Assembly (NCBI RefSeq): GCF_032444005.1 | Contig: NC_091284.1 | Coordinates: forward strand, 835,202,001-835,266,000 | Direction of reading: 5' to 3' | From: Ranitomeya imitator | Taxonomy: Eukaryota | Length of the DNA: 64,000 bases | Part shown: piece by piece, positions 36,262 to 48,271 of the stretch | How the letters are laid out: every line of letters begins with the position of its first letter | How positions within the stretch are numbered: position 1 is the first letter of the stretch | Translations under genes and position numbers: made by a program | The notes under the pieces: generated by a model | What the model saw: only the letters and a program-made list of their open reading frames with translations | Database searches by the model: none | What the model was told of the DNA's origin: nothing

Positions 36262-39200
36262 TGTTGTGAATTCTGTGGCTGAATTCACTCCTGTGGTCAC
36301 AAGTGGTACTGCAGCTTCTGAGCTTCCTCCCTCAGGTGTTCTGGTGAGCTCGTTAACTGCTTCATTACTTAACTCCGCCTGATGCTGCTATCCTTGCTCC
36401 TTGTCAGTGTTTCAGTGTTGGATCTGAGCTTCTCCTGATTGTTCCTGTGACCTGCTGCTCTGTATAGCTAAGTGCTTTTTGTTTTTTTTTGTTGCCTTTT
36501 TTCTGTCCAGCTTGTCTTTTGTTTTGCTGGAAGCTCTGAGACGCAAAGGGTGTACCGCCGTGCCGTTAGTTCGGCACGGTGGGTTTTTTTTGCCCCCTTT
36601 GCGTGGTTTTGCTTTAGGGTTTTTTATAGACTGCAAAGTTCGCTTTACTATCCTCGCTCTGTCCTAGAATATCGGGCCCCACTTTGCTGAATCTATTTCA
36701 TCCCTAGGTTTTGTCTTTTCATCTTACTCACAGTCATTATATGTGGGGGGCTGCCTTTTCCTTTGGGGAATTTCCCTGGGGCAAGTCAGGCCTATTTTTC
36801 TATCTTCAGGCTAGCTAGTTTCTTAGGCTGTGCCGAGTTGCCTAGGTAGTTGTTAGGCGCAATCCACAGCCGCTTTTAGTTGTGTTTAGGATAGGATCAG
36901 GTGTGCAGTCTACAGAGTTTCCACGTCTCAGAGCTCGTTCTTGTATTTTTGGGTATTTGTCAGATCACTGTGTGCGCTCTGATCGCTAAGCACACTGTGT
37001 TTCTGGATTGCCTTCATAACACCTGTCATTAGCAAACATAACAGTACAAGGAGCCTAACTAATGATTCTCAATAGAGGGAAAGAAAAAGTTCTGACATCA
37101 TTTTTTTTTTTTTTTTTTTCTGCTCTGTGTTCACTTTTTTTTTTTCCCCTAGACATTTGGGTGATTCTGGACACAGGTGTGGACATGGATATTCAGGGTC
37201 TGTGCTCTTCAATGGATAATCTCGTTATAAATGTACAAAAAATTCAAGACACTATTGATCAGAAATCTATGTTAGAACCAAGAATTCCTATTCCTGATTT
37301 GTTTTTTGGAGATAGAACTAAGTTTCTAAGTTTCAAAAATAATTGTAAGCTATTTCTGGCCTTGAAACCTCATTCTTCTGGTAATCCTATTCAACAGGTT
37401 TTGATTATTATTTCTTTTTTGCGCGGCGACCCTCAAGACTGGGCATTTTCTCTTGCGCCAGGAGACCCTGCATTGAGTAGTGTCGATGCGTTTTTCCTGG
37501 CGCTCGGATTGCTGTACGATGAGCCTAATTCAGTGGATCAGGCTGAGAAAAATTTGCTGGCTTTGTGCCAGGGTCAGGATGATATAGAACTATATTGTCA
37601 GAAATTTAGGAAATGGTCAGTGCTCACTCAGTGGAATGAATCTGCGCTGGCAGCTTTGTTCAGAAAGGGTCTCTCTGAGGCTCTTAAGGATGTCATGGTG
37701 GGATTTCCTATGCCTGCTGGTTTGAATGAGTCTTTGTCTTTGGCCATTCAGATCGGTCGACGCTTGCGCGAGCGTAAATCTGTGCATCATTTGGCGGTAC
37801 TGCCTGAGGTTAAACCTGAGCCTATGCAGTGCGATAGGACTATGACTAGAGTTGAACGGCAGGAATACAGACGTCTGAATGGTCTGTGTTTCTACTGTGG
37901 TGATTCCACTCATGCTATTTCTGATTGTCCTAAGCGCACTAAGCGGTCCGCTAGGTCTGCCGTCATTGGTACTGTACAGTCCAAATTCCTTCTGTCCATT
38001 ACCTTGATATGCTCTTTGTCGTCGTTTTCTGTCATGGCGTTTGTGGATTCGGGCGCTGCCCTGAATCTGATGGATTTGGATTATGCTAAACGTTGTGGGT
38101 TTGTCTTGGAGCCTTTGCGGTGTCCTATTCCATTGAGAGGAATTGATGCTACACCTTTGGCCAAGAATAAACCTCAATACTGGGCCCAGCTGACCATGTG
38201 CATGGCTCCTGCACATCAGGAAGTTATTCGCTTTCTGGTGTTGCATAATCTGCATGATGTGGTCGTGTTGGGGTTGCCATGGCTACAAACCCATAATCCA
38301 GTATTGGATTGGAATTCCATGTCGGTATCCAGCTGGGGTTGTCAGGGGGTACATGGTGATGTTCCATTTTTGTCGATTTCGTCATCCACCCCTTCTGAGG
38401 TCCCAGAGTTCTTGTCTGATTATCAGGATGTATTTGAAGAGCCCAAGTCCGATGCTCTACCTCCGCATAGGGATTGTGATTGTGCTATCAATTTGATTCC
38501 TGGTAGTAAATTCCCTAAAGGTAGATTATTTAATTTATCCGTGCCCGAACACGCCGCTATGCGCAGCTATGTGAAGGAATCCCTGGAGAAGGGACATATT
38601 CGCCCATCGTCATCACCACTGGGAGCAGGGTTCTTCTTTGTAGCTAAGAAGGATGGTTCGCTGAGACCGTGTATTGATTACCGCCTTCTTAATAAGATCA
38701 CTGTTAAATTTCAGTATCCCTTGCCATTGTTATCTGACTTGTTTGCTCGGATTAAGGGGGCTAGTTGGTTCACTAAGATTGATCTTCGTGGTGCGTATAA
38801 TCTGGTGAGAATCAGGCAAGGAGATGAATGGAAAACTGCATTCAATACGCCCGAGGGTCATTTTGAGTATCTAGTGATGCCGTTCGGACTTGCCAATGCT
38901 CCATCGGTATTTCAGTCTTTTATGCATGACATCTTCCGTGAGTATCTGGATAAATTCCTGATTGTTTACTTGGATGACATTTTGATCTTCTCAGATGATT
39001 GGGAGTCTCATGTGAAGCAGGTCAGAATGGTTTTTCAGGTCCTGCGTGCTAACTCTTTGTTTGTGAAGGGATCAAAGTGTCTCTTCGGTGTGCAGAAAGT
39101 TTCATTTTTGGGGTTCATCTTTACCCCTTCTACTATCGAGATGGATCCAGTTAAGGTCCAAGCCATCCAGGATTGGATTCAGCCGACATCTCTGAAAAGT

Positions 39201-42028
39201 CTGCAAAAGTTCCTGGGCTTTGCTAATTTTTATCGTCGCTTCATCTGTAATTTTTCTAGCATTGCCAAACCATTGACCGATTTGACCAAGAAGGGTGCTG
39301 ATTTGGTTAATTGGTCTTCTGCTGCTGTGGAAGCTTTTCAGGAGTTGAAGCGTCGTTTTTGTTCTGCCCCTGTGTTGTGTCAGCCAGATGTTTCTCTTCC
39401 GTTCCAGGTCGAGGTTGATGCTTCTGAGATTGGAGCAGGGGCGGTTTTGTCACAGAGAGGTTCTGATTGCTCAGTGATGAAACCATGTGCTTTCTTTTCC
39501 AGGAAGTTTTCGCCCGCTGAGCGTAATTATGATGTGGGCAATCGAGAGTTGCTGGCCATGAAGTGGGCATTCGAGGAGTGGCGTCATTGGCTTGAAGGAG
39601 CTAAGCATCGCGTGGTGGTATTGACTGATCATAAGAACTTGACTTATCTCGAGTCTGCCAAGCGCTTGAATCCTAGACAGGCCCGTTGGTCGTTATTTTT
39701 TGCCCGCTTCGACTTTGTGATTTCGTACCTTCCGGGCTCTAAAAATGTGAAGGCGGATGCTCTGTCTAGGAGTTTTGTGCCCGACTCTCCGGGTTTATCT
39801 GAGCCAGCGGGTATCCTCAAGGAAGGAGTCATTGTGTCTGCCATCTCCCCTGATTTGCGGCGGGTGCTGCAAAAATTTCAGGCGAATAAACCTGATCGTT
39901 GTCCAGCAGAGAAACTGTTCGTCCCTGATAGGTGGACTAATAAACTTATCTCTGAACTTCATTGTTCGGTGTTGGCTGGTCATCCTGGAATCTTTGGTAC
40001 CAGAGAGTTAGTGGCTAGATCCTTCTGGTGGCCATCTCTGTCACGGGATGTACGTACTTTTGTGCAGTCCTGTGGGATTTGTGCTAGGGCTAAGCCCTGC
40101 TGTTCTCGTGCCAGTGGGTTGCTTTTGCCCTTGCCGGTCCCAAAGAGGCCTTGGACACATATTTCGATGGATTTCATTTCTGACCTTCCCGTTTCTCAAA
40201 AGATGTCAGTCATTTGGGTGGTCTGTGATCGCTTTTCTAAAATGGTCCATCTGGTGCCCTTGGCTAAATTGCCTTCCTCCTCTGATTTGGTACCTTTGTT
40301 CTTTCAGCATGTGGTTCGGTTGCATGGCATTCCTGAGAATATTGTTTCTGACAGAGGTTCCCAGTTTGTTTCAAGGTTTTGGCGGGCCTTTTGTGGTAGG
40401 ATGGGCATTGACCTATCCTTTTCCTCGGCTTTCCATCCTCAGACTAATGGCCAGACCGAACGAACCAATCAGACCTTGGAAACATATCTGAGATGTTTTG
40501 TTTCTGCAGACCAGGATGATTGGGTGTCCTTTTTGCCGTTGGCTGAGTTCGCCCTTAATAATCGGGCCAGCTCGGCTACCTTGGTTTCTCCATTTTTTTG
40601 CAATTCTGGGTTCCATCCTCGTTTCTCTTCAGGACAGGTTGAGTCTTCGGACTGTCCTGGTGTGGATTCTGTGGTGGATAGGTTGCAGCAGATCTGGACT
40701 CAGGTAGTGGACAATTTGATCTTGTCCCAGGAGAAAGCTCAACTTTTCGCTAATCGCAGACGCCGTGTGGGTCCCCGACTTCGTGTTGGGGATCTGGTTT
40801 GGTTATCTTCTCGTCATATTCCTATGAAGGTTTCCTCTCCTAAATTTAAACCTCGTTTTATTGGTCCGTATAGGATTTCTGAGGTTCTCAATCCTGTGTC
40901 TTTTCGTTTGACCCTCCCAGACTCCTTTTCCATACATAATGTATTCCATAGGTCGTTGTTGCGGAGATACGTGGCACCTATGGTTCCATCTGTTGAGCCT
41001 CCTGCCCCGGTTTTGGTGGAAGGGGAATTGGAGTATATTGTGGAGAAGATTTTGGATTCTCGTGTTTCTAGACGGAAACTCCAGTATCTGGTTAAATGGA
41101 AGGGTTATGCTCAGGAAGATAATTCCTGGGTTTTTGCCTCTGATGTTCATGCTTCCGATCTTGTTCGTGCCTTTCATGCGGCTCATCCTGGTCGGCCTGG
41201 GGGCTCTGGTGAGGGTTCGGTGACCCCTCCTCAAGGGGGGGGTACTGTTGTGAATTCTGTGGCTGAATTCACTCCTGTGGTCACAAGTGGTACTGCAGCT
41301 TCTGAGCTTCCTCCCTCAGGTGTTCTGGTGAGCTCGTTAACTGCTTCATTACTTAACTCCGCCTGATGCTGCTATCCTTGCTCCTTGTCAATGTTTCAGT
41401 GTTGGATCTGAGCTTCTCCTGATTGTTCCTGTGACCTGCTGCTCTGTATAGCTAAGTGCTTTTTGTTTTTTTTTTGTTGCCTTTTTTCTGTCCAGCTTGT
41501 CTTTTGTTTTGCTGGAAGCTCTGAGACGCAAAGGGTGTACCGCCGTGCCGTTAGTTCGGCACGGTGGGTTTTTTTTGCCCCCTTTGCGTGGTTTTGCTTT
41601 AGGGTTTTTTGTAGACTGCAAAGTTCGCTTTACTATCCTCGCTCTGTCCTAGAATATCGGGCCCCACTTTGCTGAATCTATTTCATCCCTACGTTTTGTC
41701 TTTTCATCTTACTCACAGTCATTATATGTGGGGGGCTGCCTTTTCCTTTGGGGAATTTCCCTGGGGCAAGTCAGGCCTATTTTTCTATCTTCAGGCTAGC
41801 TAGTTTCTTAGGCTGTGCCGAGTTGCCTAGGTAGTTGTTAGGCGCAATCCACAGCCGCTTTTAGTTGTGTTTAGGATAGGATCAGGTGTGCAGTCTACAG
41901 AGTTTCCACGTCTCAGAGCTCGTTCTTGTATTTTTGGGTATTTGTCAGATCACTGTGTGCGCTCTGATCGCTAAGCACACTGTGTTTCTGGATTGCCTTC
42001 ATAACACCTGTCATTAGCAAACATAACA
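36262..42028 (+). mobile_element. Full-length chromovirus-type Gypsy LTR retrotransposon (Tf1/Sushi group)
   Basis: LTRs 36262-37043 and 41246-42028 (TG...CA; about 3 substitutions and 1 indel). TSD GCCTTC. PPT AAGGGGGGGG at ~41233. Confidence 0.97.
37185..41366 (+). CDS. Intact single-frame Gag-Pol polyprotein (Gag, CCHC knuckle, protease, RT, RNase H, integrase, chromodomain), 1393 aa
   Basis: CFYCGDSTHAISDC, FVDSGA, YLDD, VDAS/NRELLA, HPG...CGIC, DFISD/SDRGSQF/NGQTE, EYIVEKILDSR...YLVKWKGY...NSW. Confidence 0.96.
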   Translation: MDIQGLCSSMDNLVINVQKIQDTIDQKSMLEPRIPIPDLFFGDRTKFLSFKNNCKLFLALKPHSSGNPIQQVLIIISFLRGDPQDWAFSLAPGDPALSSVDAFFLALGLLYDEPNSVDQAEKNLLALCQGQDDIELYCQKFRKWSVLTQWNESALAALFRKGLSEALKDVMVGFPMPAGLNESLSLAIQIGRRLRERKSVHHLAVLPEVKPEPMQCDRTMTRVERQEYRRLNGLCFYCGDSTHAISDCPKRTKRSARSAVIGTVQSKFLLSITLICSLSSFSVMAFVDSGAALNLMDLDYAKRCGFVLEPLRCPIPLRGIDATPLAKNKPQYWAQLTMCMAPAHQEVIRFLVLHNLHDVVVLGLPWLQTHNPVLDWNSMSVSSWGCQGVHGDVPFLSISSSTPSEVPEFLSDYQDVFEEPKSDALPPHRDCDCAINLIPGSKFPKGRLFNLSVPEHAAMRSYVKESLEKGHIRPSSSPLGAGFFFVAKKDGSLRPCIDYRLLNKITVKFQYPLPLLSDLFARIKGASWFTKIDLRGAYNLVRIRQGDEWKTAFNTPEGHFEYLVMPFGLANAPSVFQSFMHDIFREYLDKFLIVYLDDILIFSDDWESHVKQVRMVFQVLRANSLFVKGSKCLFGVQKVSFLGFIFTPSTIEMDPVKVQAIQDWIQPTSLKSLQKFLGFANFYRRFICNFSSIAKPLTDLTKKGADLVNWSSAAVEAFQELKRRFCSAPVLCQPDVSLPFQVEVDASEIGAGAVLSQRGSDCSVMKPCAFFSRKFSPAERNYDVGNRELLAMKWAFEEWRHWLEGAKHRVVVLTDHKNLTYLESAKRLNPRQARWSLFFARFDFVISYLPGSKNVKADALSRSFVPDSPGLSEPAGILKEGVIVSAISPDLRRVLQKFQANKPDRCPAEKLFVPDRWTNKLISELHCSVLAGHPGIFGTRELVARSFWWPSLSRDVRTFVQSCGICARAKPCCSRASGLLLPLPVPKRPWTHISMDFISDLPVSQKMSVIWVVCDRFSKMVHLVPLAKLPSSSDLVPLFFQHVVRLHGIPENIVSDRGSQFVSRFWRAFCGRMGIDLSFSSAFHPQTNGQTERTNQTLETYLRCFVSADQDDWVSFLPLAEFALNNRASSATLVSPFFCNSGFHPRFSSGQVESSDCPGVDSVVDRLQQIWTQVVDNLILSQEKAQLFANRRRRVGPRLRVGDLVWLSSRHIPMKVSSPKFKPRFIGPYRISEVLNPVSFRLTLPDSFSIHNVFHRSLLRRYVAPMVPSVEPPAPVLVEGELEYIVEKILDSRVSRRKLQYLVKWKGYAQEDNSWVFASDVHASDLVRAFHAAHPGRPGGSGEGSVTPPQGGGTVVNSVAEFTPVVTSGTAASELPPSGVLVSSLTASLLNSA

Positions 42029-42355
42029 GCCTTCCATGCCAGGGTGAGTACCTGTTTGGTACAAAACTAGATGAAATCCTGACCAAAGCGGGTGAGAGGA
42101 AAAAGGGGTTACCTAATAACTATTTTCCATCTTATAGGAGAGCATTCCGGAAGCCCGTTTTTAATAAGAGGATTTTAGAAACCAGGAACACTGGGCCAAT
42201 AGAGATATCAAACAAAAAGGTTCTTTTTTCGGAAAACGCCCATTTAAAATGGAAGACAAACCACGTTAGGACAGATCTACCAGTAGGCGGTAGATTGTCT
42301 TTTTTTCTCCACACAAGGGCGTGTAGTAACCTCCAACTCTTGGGCAATTGGTCTC

Positions 42356-44190
42356 ATAACATAGTAACATAACATACATAGTAACATAGTAACATAGTTA
42401 GTAAGGCCGAAAAAAGACATTTGTCCATCCAGTTCAGCCTATATTCCATCATAATAAATCCCCAGATCTACGTCCTTCTACAGAACTTAATTGTATGATA
42501 CAATATTGTTCTGCTCCAGGAAGACATCCAGGCCTCTCTTGAACCCCTCGACTGAGTTCGCCATCACCACCTCCTCAGGCAAGCAATTCCAGATTCTCAC
42601 TGCCCTAACAGTAAAGAATCCTCTTCTATGTTGGTGGAAAAACCTTCTCTCCTCCAGACGCAAAGAATGCCCCCTTGTGCCCGTCACCTTCCTTGGTATA
42701 AACAGATCCTCAGCGAGATATTTGTATTGTCCCCTTATATACTTATACATGGTTATTAGATCGCCCCTCAGTCGTCTTTTTTCTAGACTAAATAATCCTA
42801 ATTTCGCTAATCTATCTGGGTATTGTAGTTCTCCCATCCCCTTTATTAATTTTGTTGCCCTCCTTTGTACTCTCTCTAGTTCCATTATATCCTTCCTGAG
42901 CACCGGTGCCCAAAACTGGACACAGTACTCCATGTGCGGTCTAACTAGGGATTTGTACAGAGGCAGTATAATGCTCTCATCATGTGTATCCAGACCTCTT
43001 TTAATGCACCCCATGATCCTGTTTGCCTTGGCAGCTGCTGCCTGGCACTGGCTGCTCCAGGTAAGTTTATCATTAACTAGGATCCCCAAGTCCTTCTCCC
43101 TGTCAGATTTACCCAGTGGTTTCCCATTCAGTGTGTAATGGTGACATTGATTCCTTCTTCCCATGTGTATAACCTTACATTTATCATTGTTAAACCTCAT
43201 CTGCCACCTTTCAGCCCAAGTTTCCAACTTATCCAGATCCATCTGTAGCAGAATACTATCTTCTCTTGTATTAACTGCTTTACATAGTTTTGTATCATCT
43301 GCAAATATCGATATTTTACTGTGTAAACCTTCTACCAGATCATTAATGAATATGTTGAAGAGAACAGGTCCCAATACTGACCCCTGCGGTACCCCACTGG
43401 TCACAGCGACCCAGTTAGAGACTATACCATTTATAACCACCCTCTGCTTTCTATCACTAAGCCAGTTACTAACCCATTTACACACATTTTCCCCCAGACC
43501 AAGCATTCTCATTTTGTGTACCAACCTCTTGTGCGGCACGGTATCAAACGCTTTGGAAAAATCGAGATATACCACGTCCAATGACTCACCGTGGTCCAGC
43601 CTATAGCTTACCTCTTCATAAAAACTGATTAGATTGGTTTGACAGGAGCGATTTCTCATAAACCCATGCTGATATGGAGTTAAACAGTTATTCTCATTGA
43701 GATAATCCAGAATAACATCCCTCAGAAACCCTTCAAATATTTTACCAACAATAGAGGTTAGACTTACTGGCCTATAATTTCCAGGTTCACTTTTAGAGCC
43801 CTTTTTGAATATTGGCACCACATTTGCTATGCGCCAATCCTGCGGAACAGACCCTGTCGCTATAGAGTCCCTAAAAATAAGAAATAATGGTTTATCTATT
43901 ACATTACTTAGTTCTCTTAGTACTCGTGGGTGTATGCCATCCGGACCCGGAGATTTATCTATTTTAATCTTATTTAGCCGGTTTCGCACCTCTTCTTGGG
44001 TTAGATTGGTGACCCTTAATATAGGGTTTTCATTGTTTCTTGGGATTTCACCTAGCATTTCATTTTCCACCGTGAATACCGTGGAGAAGAAGGTGTTTAA
44101 TATGTTAGCTTTTTCCTCGTCATCTACAACCATTCTTTCCTCACTATTTTTTAAGGGGCCTACATTTTCAGTTTTTATTCTTTTACTATT
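42356..44190 (-). mobile_element. CR1-like LINE, 3' part (RT, 3' UTR, (CTATGTTA)n tail) of the split full-length copy
   Basis: ORF 44133-42487 with QHGF, YLDFSKAFD, GVPQGSVLGP, FADD. Microsatellite tail at ~42356-42410. Confidence 0.95.
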
Positions 44191-44191
44191 T

Positions 44192-47052
44192 ACGCCAGAA
44201 GCCTGACAAACAAGATGGAAGAACTAGAAGCAGAAATATCTACAGGTAACTTTGACATAGTGGGAATAACCGAGACATGGTTAGATGAAAGCTATGACTG
44301 GGCAGTTAACTTACAGGGTTACAGTCTGTTTAGAAAGGATCGTAAAAATCGGAGAGGAGGAGGGGTTTGTCTCTATGTAAAGTCTTGTCTAAAGTCCACT
44401 TTAAGGGAGGATATTAGCGAAGGGAATGAGGATGTCGAGTCCATATGGGTTGAAATTCATGGAGGGAAAAATGGTAACAAAATTCTCATTGGGGTCTGTT
44501 ACAAACCCCCAAATATAACAGAAAGCATGGAAAGTCTACTTCTAAAGCAGATAGATGAAGCTGCAACCCATAATGAGGTCCTGGTTATGGGGGACTTTAA
44601 CTACCCGGATATTAACTGGGAAACAGAAACCTGTGAAACCCATAAAGGCAACAGGTTTCTGCTAATAACCAAGAAAAATTATCTTTCACAATTGGTGCAG
44701 AATCCAACCAGAGGAGCAGCACTTTTAGACCTAATACTATCTAATAGACCTGACAGAATAACAAATCTGCAGGTGGTTGGGCATTTAGGAAATAGCGACC
44801 ACAATATTGTGCAGTTTCACCTGTCTTTCACTAGGGGGACTTGTCAGGGAGTCACAAAAACATTGAACTTTAGGAAGGCAAAGTTTGAACAGCTTAGAGA
44901 TGCCCTTAATCTGGTAGACTGGGACAATATCCTCAGAAATGAGAATACAGATAATAAATGGGAAATGTTTAAGAACATCCTAAATAGGCAGTGTAAGCGG
45001 TTTATACCTTGTGGGAATAAAAGGACTAGAAATAGGAAAAACCCAATGTGGCTAAACAAAGAAGTAAGACAGGCAATTAACAGTAAAAAGAAAGCATTTG
45101 CACTACTAAAGCAGGATGGCACCATTGAAGCTCTAAAAAACTATAGGGAGAAAAATACTTTATCTAAAAAACTAATTAAAGCTGCCAAAAAGGAAACAGA
45201 GAAGCACATTGCTAAGGAGAGTAAAACTAATCCCAAACTGTTCTTCAACTATATCAATAGTAAAAGAATAAAAACTGAAAATGTAGGCCCCTTAAAAAAT
45301 AGTGAGGAAAGAATGGTTGTAGATGACGAGGAAAAAGCTAACATATTAAACACCTTCTTCTCCACGGTATTCACGGTGGAAAATGAAATGCTAGGTGAAA
45401 TCCCAAGAAACAATGAAAACCCTATATTAAGGGTCACCAATCTAACCCAAGAAGAGGTGCGAAACCGGCTAAATAAGATTAAAATAGATAAATCTCCGGG
45501 TCCGGATGGCATACACCCACGAGTACTAAGAGAACTAAGTAATGTAATAGATAAACCATTATTTCTTATTTTTAGGGACTCTATAGAGACAGGGTCTGTT
45601 CCGCAGGATTGGCGCATAGCAAATGTGGTGCCAATATTCAAAAAGGGCTCTAAAAGTGAACCTGGAAATTATAGGCCAGTAAGTCTAACCTCTATTGTTG
45701 GTAAAATATTTGAAGGGTTTCTGAGGGATGTTATTCTGGATTATCTCAATGAGAATAACTGTTTAACTCCATATCAGCATGGGTTTATGAGAAATCGCTC
45801 CTGTCAAACCAATCTAATCAGTTTTTATGAAGAGGTAAGCTATAGACTGGACCACGGTGAGTCATTGGACGTGGTATATCTCGATTTTTCCAAAGCGTTT
45901 GATACCGTGCCGCACAAGAGGTTGGTACACAAAATGAGAATGCTTGGTCTGGGGGAAAATGTGTGTGAATGGGTTAGTAACTGGCTTAGTGATAGAAAGC
46001 AGAGGGTGGTTATAAATGGTATAGTCTCTAACTGGGTCGCTGTGACCAGTGGGGTACCGCAGGGGTCAGTATTGGGACCTGTTCTCTTCAACATATTCAT
46101 TAATGATCTGGTAGAAGGTTTACACAGTAAAATATCGATATTTGCAGATGATACAAAACTATGTAAAGCAGTTAGTACAAGAGAAGATAGTATTCTGCTA
46201 CAGATGGATCTGGATAAGTTGGAAACTTGGGCTGAAAGGTGGCAGATGAGGTTTAACAATGATAAATGTAAGGTTATACACATGGGAAGAGGGAATCAAT
46301 ATCACCATTACACACTGAACGGGAAACCACTGGGTAAATCTGACAGGGAGAAGGACTTGGGGATCCTAGTTAATGATAAACTTACCTGGAGCAGCCAGTG
46401 CCAGGCAGCAGCTGCCAAGGCAAACAGGATCATGGGGTGCATTAAAAGAGGTCTGGATACACATGATGAGAGCATTATACTGCCTCTGTACAAATCCCTA
46501 GTTAGACCGCACATGGAGTACTGTGTCCAGTTTTGGGCACCGGTGCTCAGGAAGGATATAATGGAACTAGAGAGAGTACAAAGGAGGGCAACAAAATTAA
46601 TAAAGGGGATGGGAGAACTACAATACCCAGATAGATTAGCGAAATTAGGATTATTTAGTCTAGAAAAAAGACGACTGAGGGGCGATCTAATAACCATGTA
46701 TAAGTATATAAGGGGACAATACAAATATCTCGCTGAGGATCTGTTTATACCAAGGAAGGTGACGGGCACAAGGGGGCATTCTTTGCGTCTGGAGGAGAGA
46801 AGGTTTTTCCACCAACATAGAAGAGGATTCTTTACTGTTAGGGCAGTGAGAATCTGGAATTGCTTGCCTGAGGAGGTGGTGATGGCGAACTCAGTCGAGA
46901 GGTTCAAGAGAGGCCTGGATGTCTTCCTGGAGCAGAACAATATTATATCATACAATTATTAGGTTCTGTAGAAGGACGTAGATCTGGGTATTTATTATGA
47001 TGGAATATAGGCTGAACTGGATGGACAAATGTCTTTTTTCGGCCTTACTATG
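44192..47052 (+). mobile_element. 5'-truncated CR1-like LINE inserted antisense into the full-length copy; ORF2 44215-46962 (915 aa) open
   Basis: APE endonuclease (GITETW, MGDFN, SDHN) plus RT. Flanked by TTACTATT at 44183-44190 and 47053-47060. Confidence 0.95.
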
Positions 47053-48271
47053 TTACTATTGATATAGTTGAAGAACAGTTTGGGATTAGTTTTACTCTCC
47101 TTAGCAATGTGCTTCTCTGTTTCCTTTTTGGCAGCTTTAATTAGTTTTTTAGATAAAGTATTTTTCTCCCTATAGTTTTTTAGAGCTTCAATGGTGCCAT
47201 CCTGCTTTAGTAGTGCGAATGCTTTCTTTTTACTGTTAATTGCCTGTCTTACTTCTTTGTTTAGCCACATTGGGTTTTTCCTATTTCTAGTCCTTTTATT
47301 CCCACAAGGTATAAACCGCTTACACTGCCTATTTAGGATGTTCTTAAACATTTCCCATTTATTATCTGTATTCTTATTTCTGAGGATATTGTCCCAGTCT
47401 ACCAGATTAAGGGCATCTCTAAGCTGGTCAAACTTTGCCTTCCTAAAGTTCAGTGTTTTTGTGACTCCCTGACAAGTCCCCCTAGTGAAAGACAGGTGAA
47501 ACTGTACAATATTGTGGTCGCTATTTCCTAGATGCCCGACCACCTGCAGATTTGTTATTCTGTCAGGTCTATTAGATAGTATTAGGTCTAAAAGTGCTGC
47601 TCCTCTGGTTGGATTCTGCACCAATTGTGAAAGATAATTTTTCTTGGTTATTAGCAGAAACCTGTTGCCTTTATGGGTTTCACAGGTTTCTGTTTCCCAG
47701 TTAATATCCGGGTAGTTAAAGTCCCCCATAACCAGGACCTCATTATGGGTTGCAGCTTCATCTATCTGCTTTAGAAGTAGACTTTCCATGCTTTCTGTTA
47801 TATTTGGGCGTTTGTAACAGACCCCAATGAGAATTTTGTTACCATTTTTCCCTCCATGAATATCGACCCATATGGACTCGACATCCTCATTTCCTTCGCT
47901 AATATCCTCCCTTAAAGTGGACTTTAGACAAGACTTTACATAGAGACAAACCCCTCCTCCTCTCCGATTTTTACGATCCTTTCTAAACAGACTGTAACCC
48001 TGTAAGTTAACTGCCCAGTCATAGCTTTCATCTAACCATGTCTCGGTTATTCCCACTATGTCAAAGTTACCTGTAGATATTTCTGCTTCTAGTTCTTCCA
48101 TCTTGTTTGTCAGGCTTCTGGCGTTTGTGAGCATGCAGTTTAGAGGATTTTGTTTTGTTCCAATCTCCTCGCTGTGGATTGTTTTAGAAATGTTCTTACC
48201 TCCCTTCTGAGTATGTTTTCCTGGGTCTTCTTTGGTCGAGTCTAATGTTTTTCTTCCCGTGCCCTCTTCTT

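Larger units (their letters stand above)
32583..42355 (+). mobile_element. Decayed DIRS-like (tyrosine-recombinase) retrotransposon, 5' portion, fragmented by four insertions
   Basis: T-rich start. Gag-like fragments KVDMAVAS..., DPLDRK..., WLNDL|EEGLK..., SADSIRIAAKSSGLTNAARRALW..., CQGEYLFGTKLDEIL rejoin across the inserts. An RT-start-like PVGGRL lies at ~42280. Confidence 0.65.

Noticed and set aside
36038-36382. DIRS gag frame reading into the Gypsy 5' LTR as a fusion ORF
   Set aside because: Chance in-frame junction. The host ORF is already broken by MITEs and frameshifts.
42491-47472. Antisense ORFs over CR1 ORF2
   Set aside because: Shadow frames duplicated along with the element.
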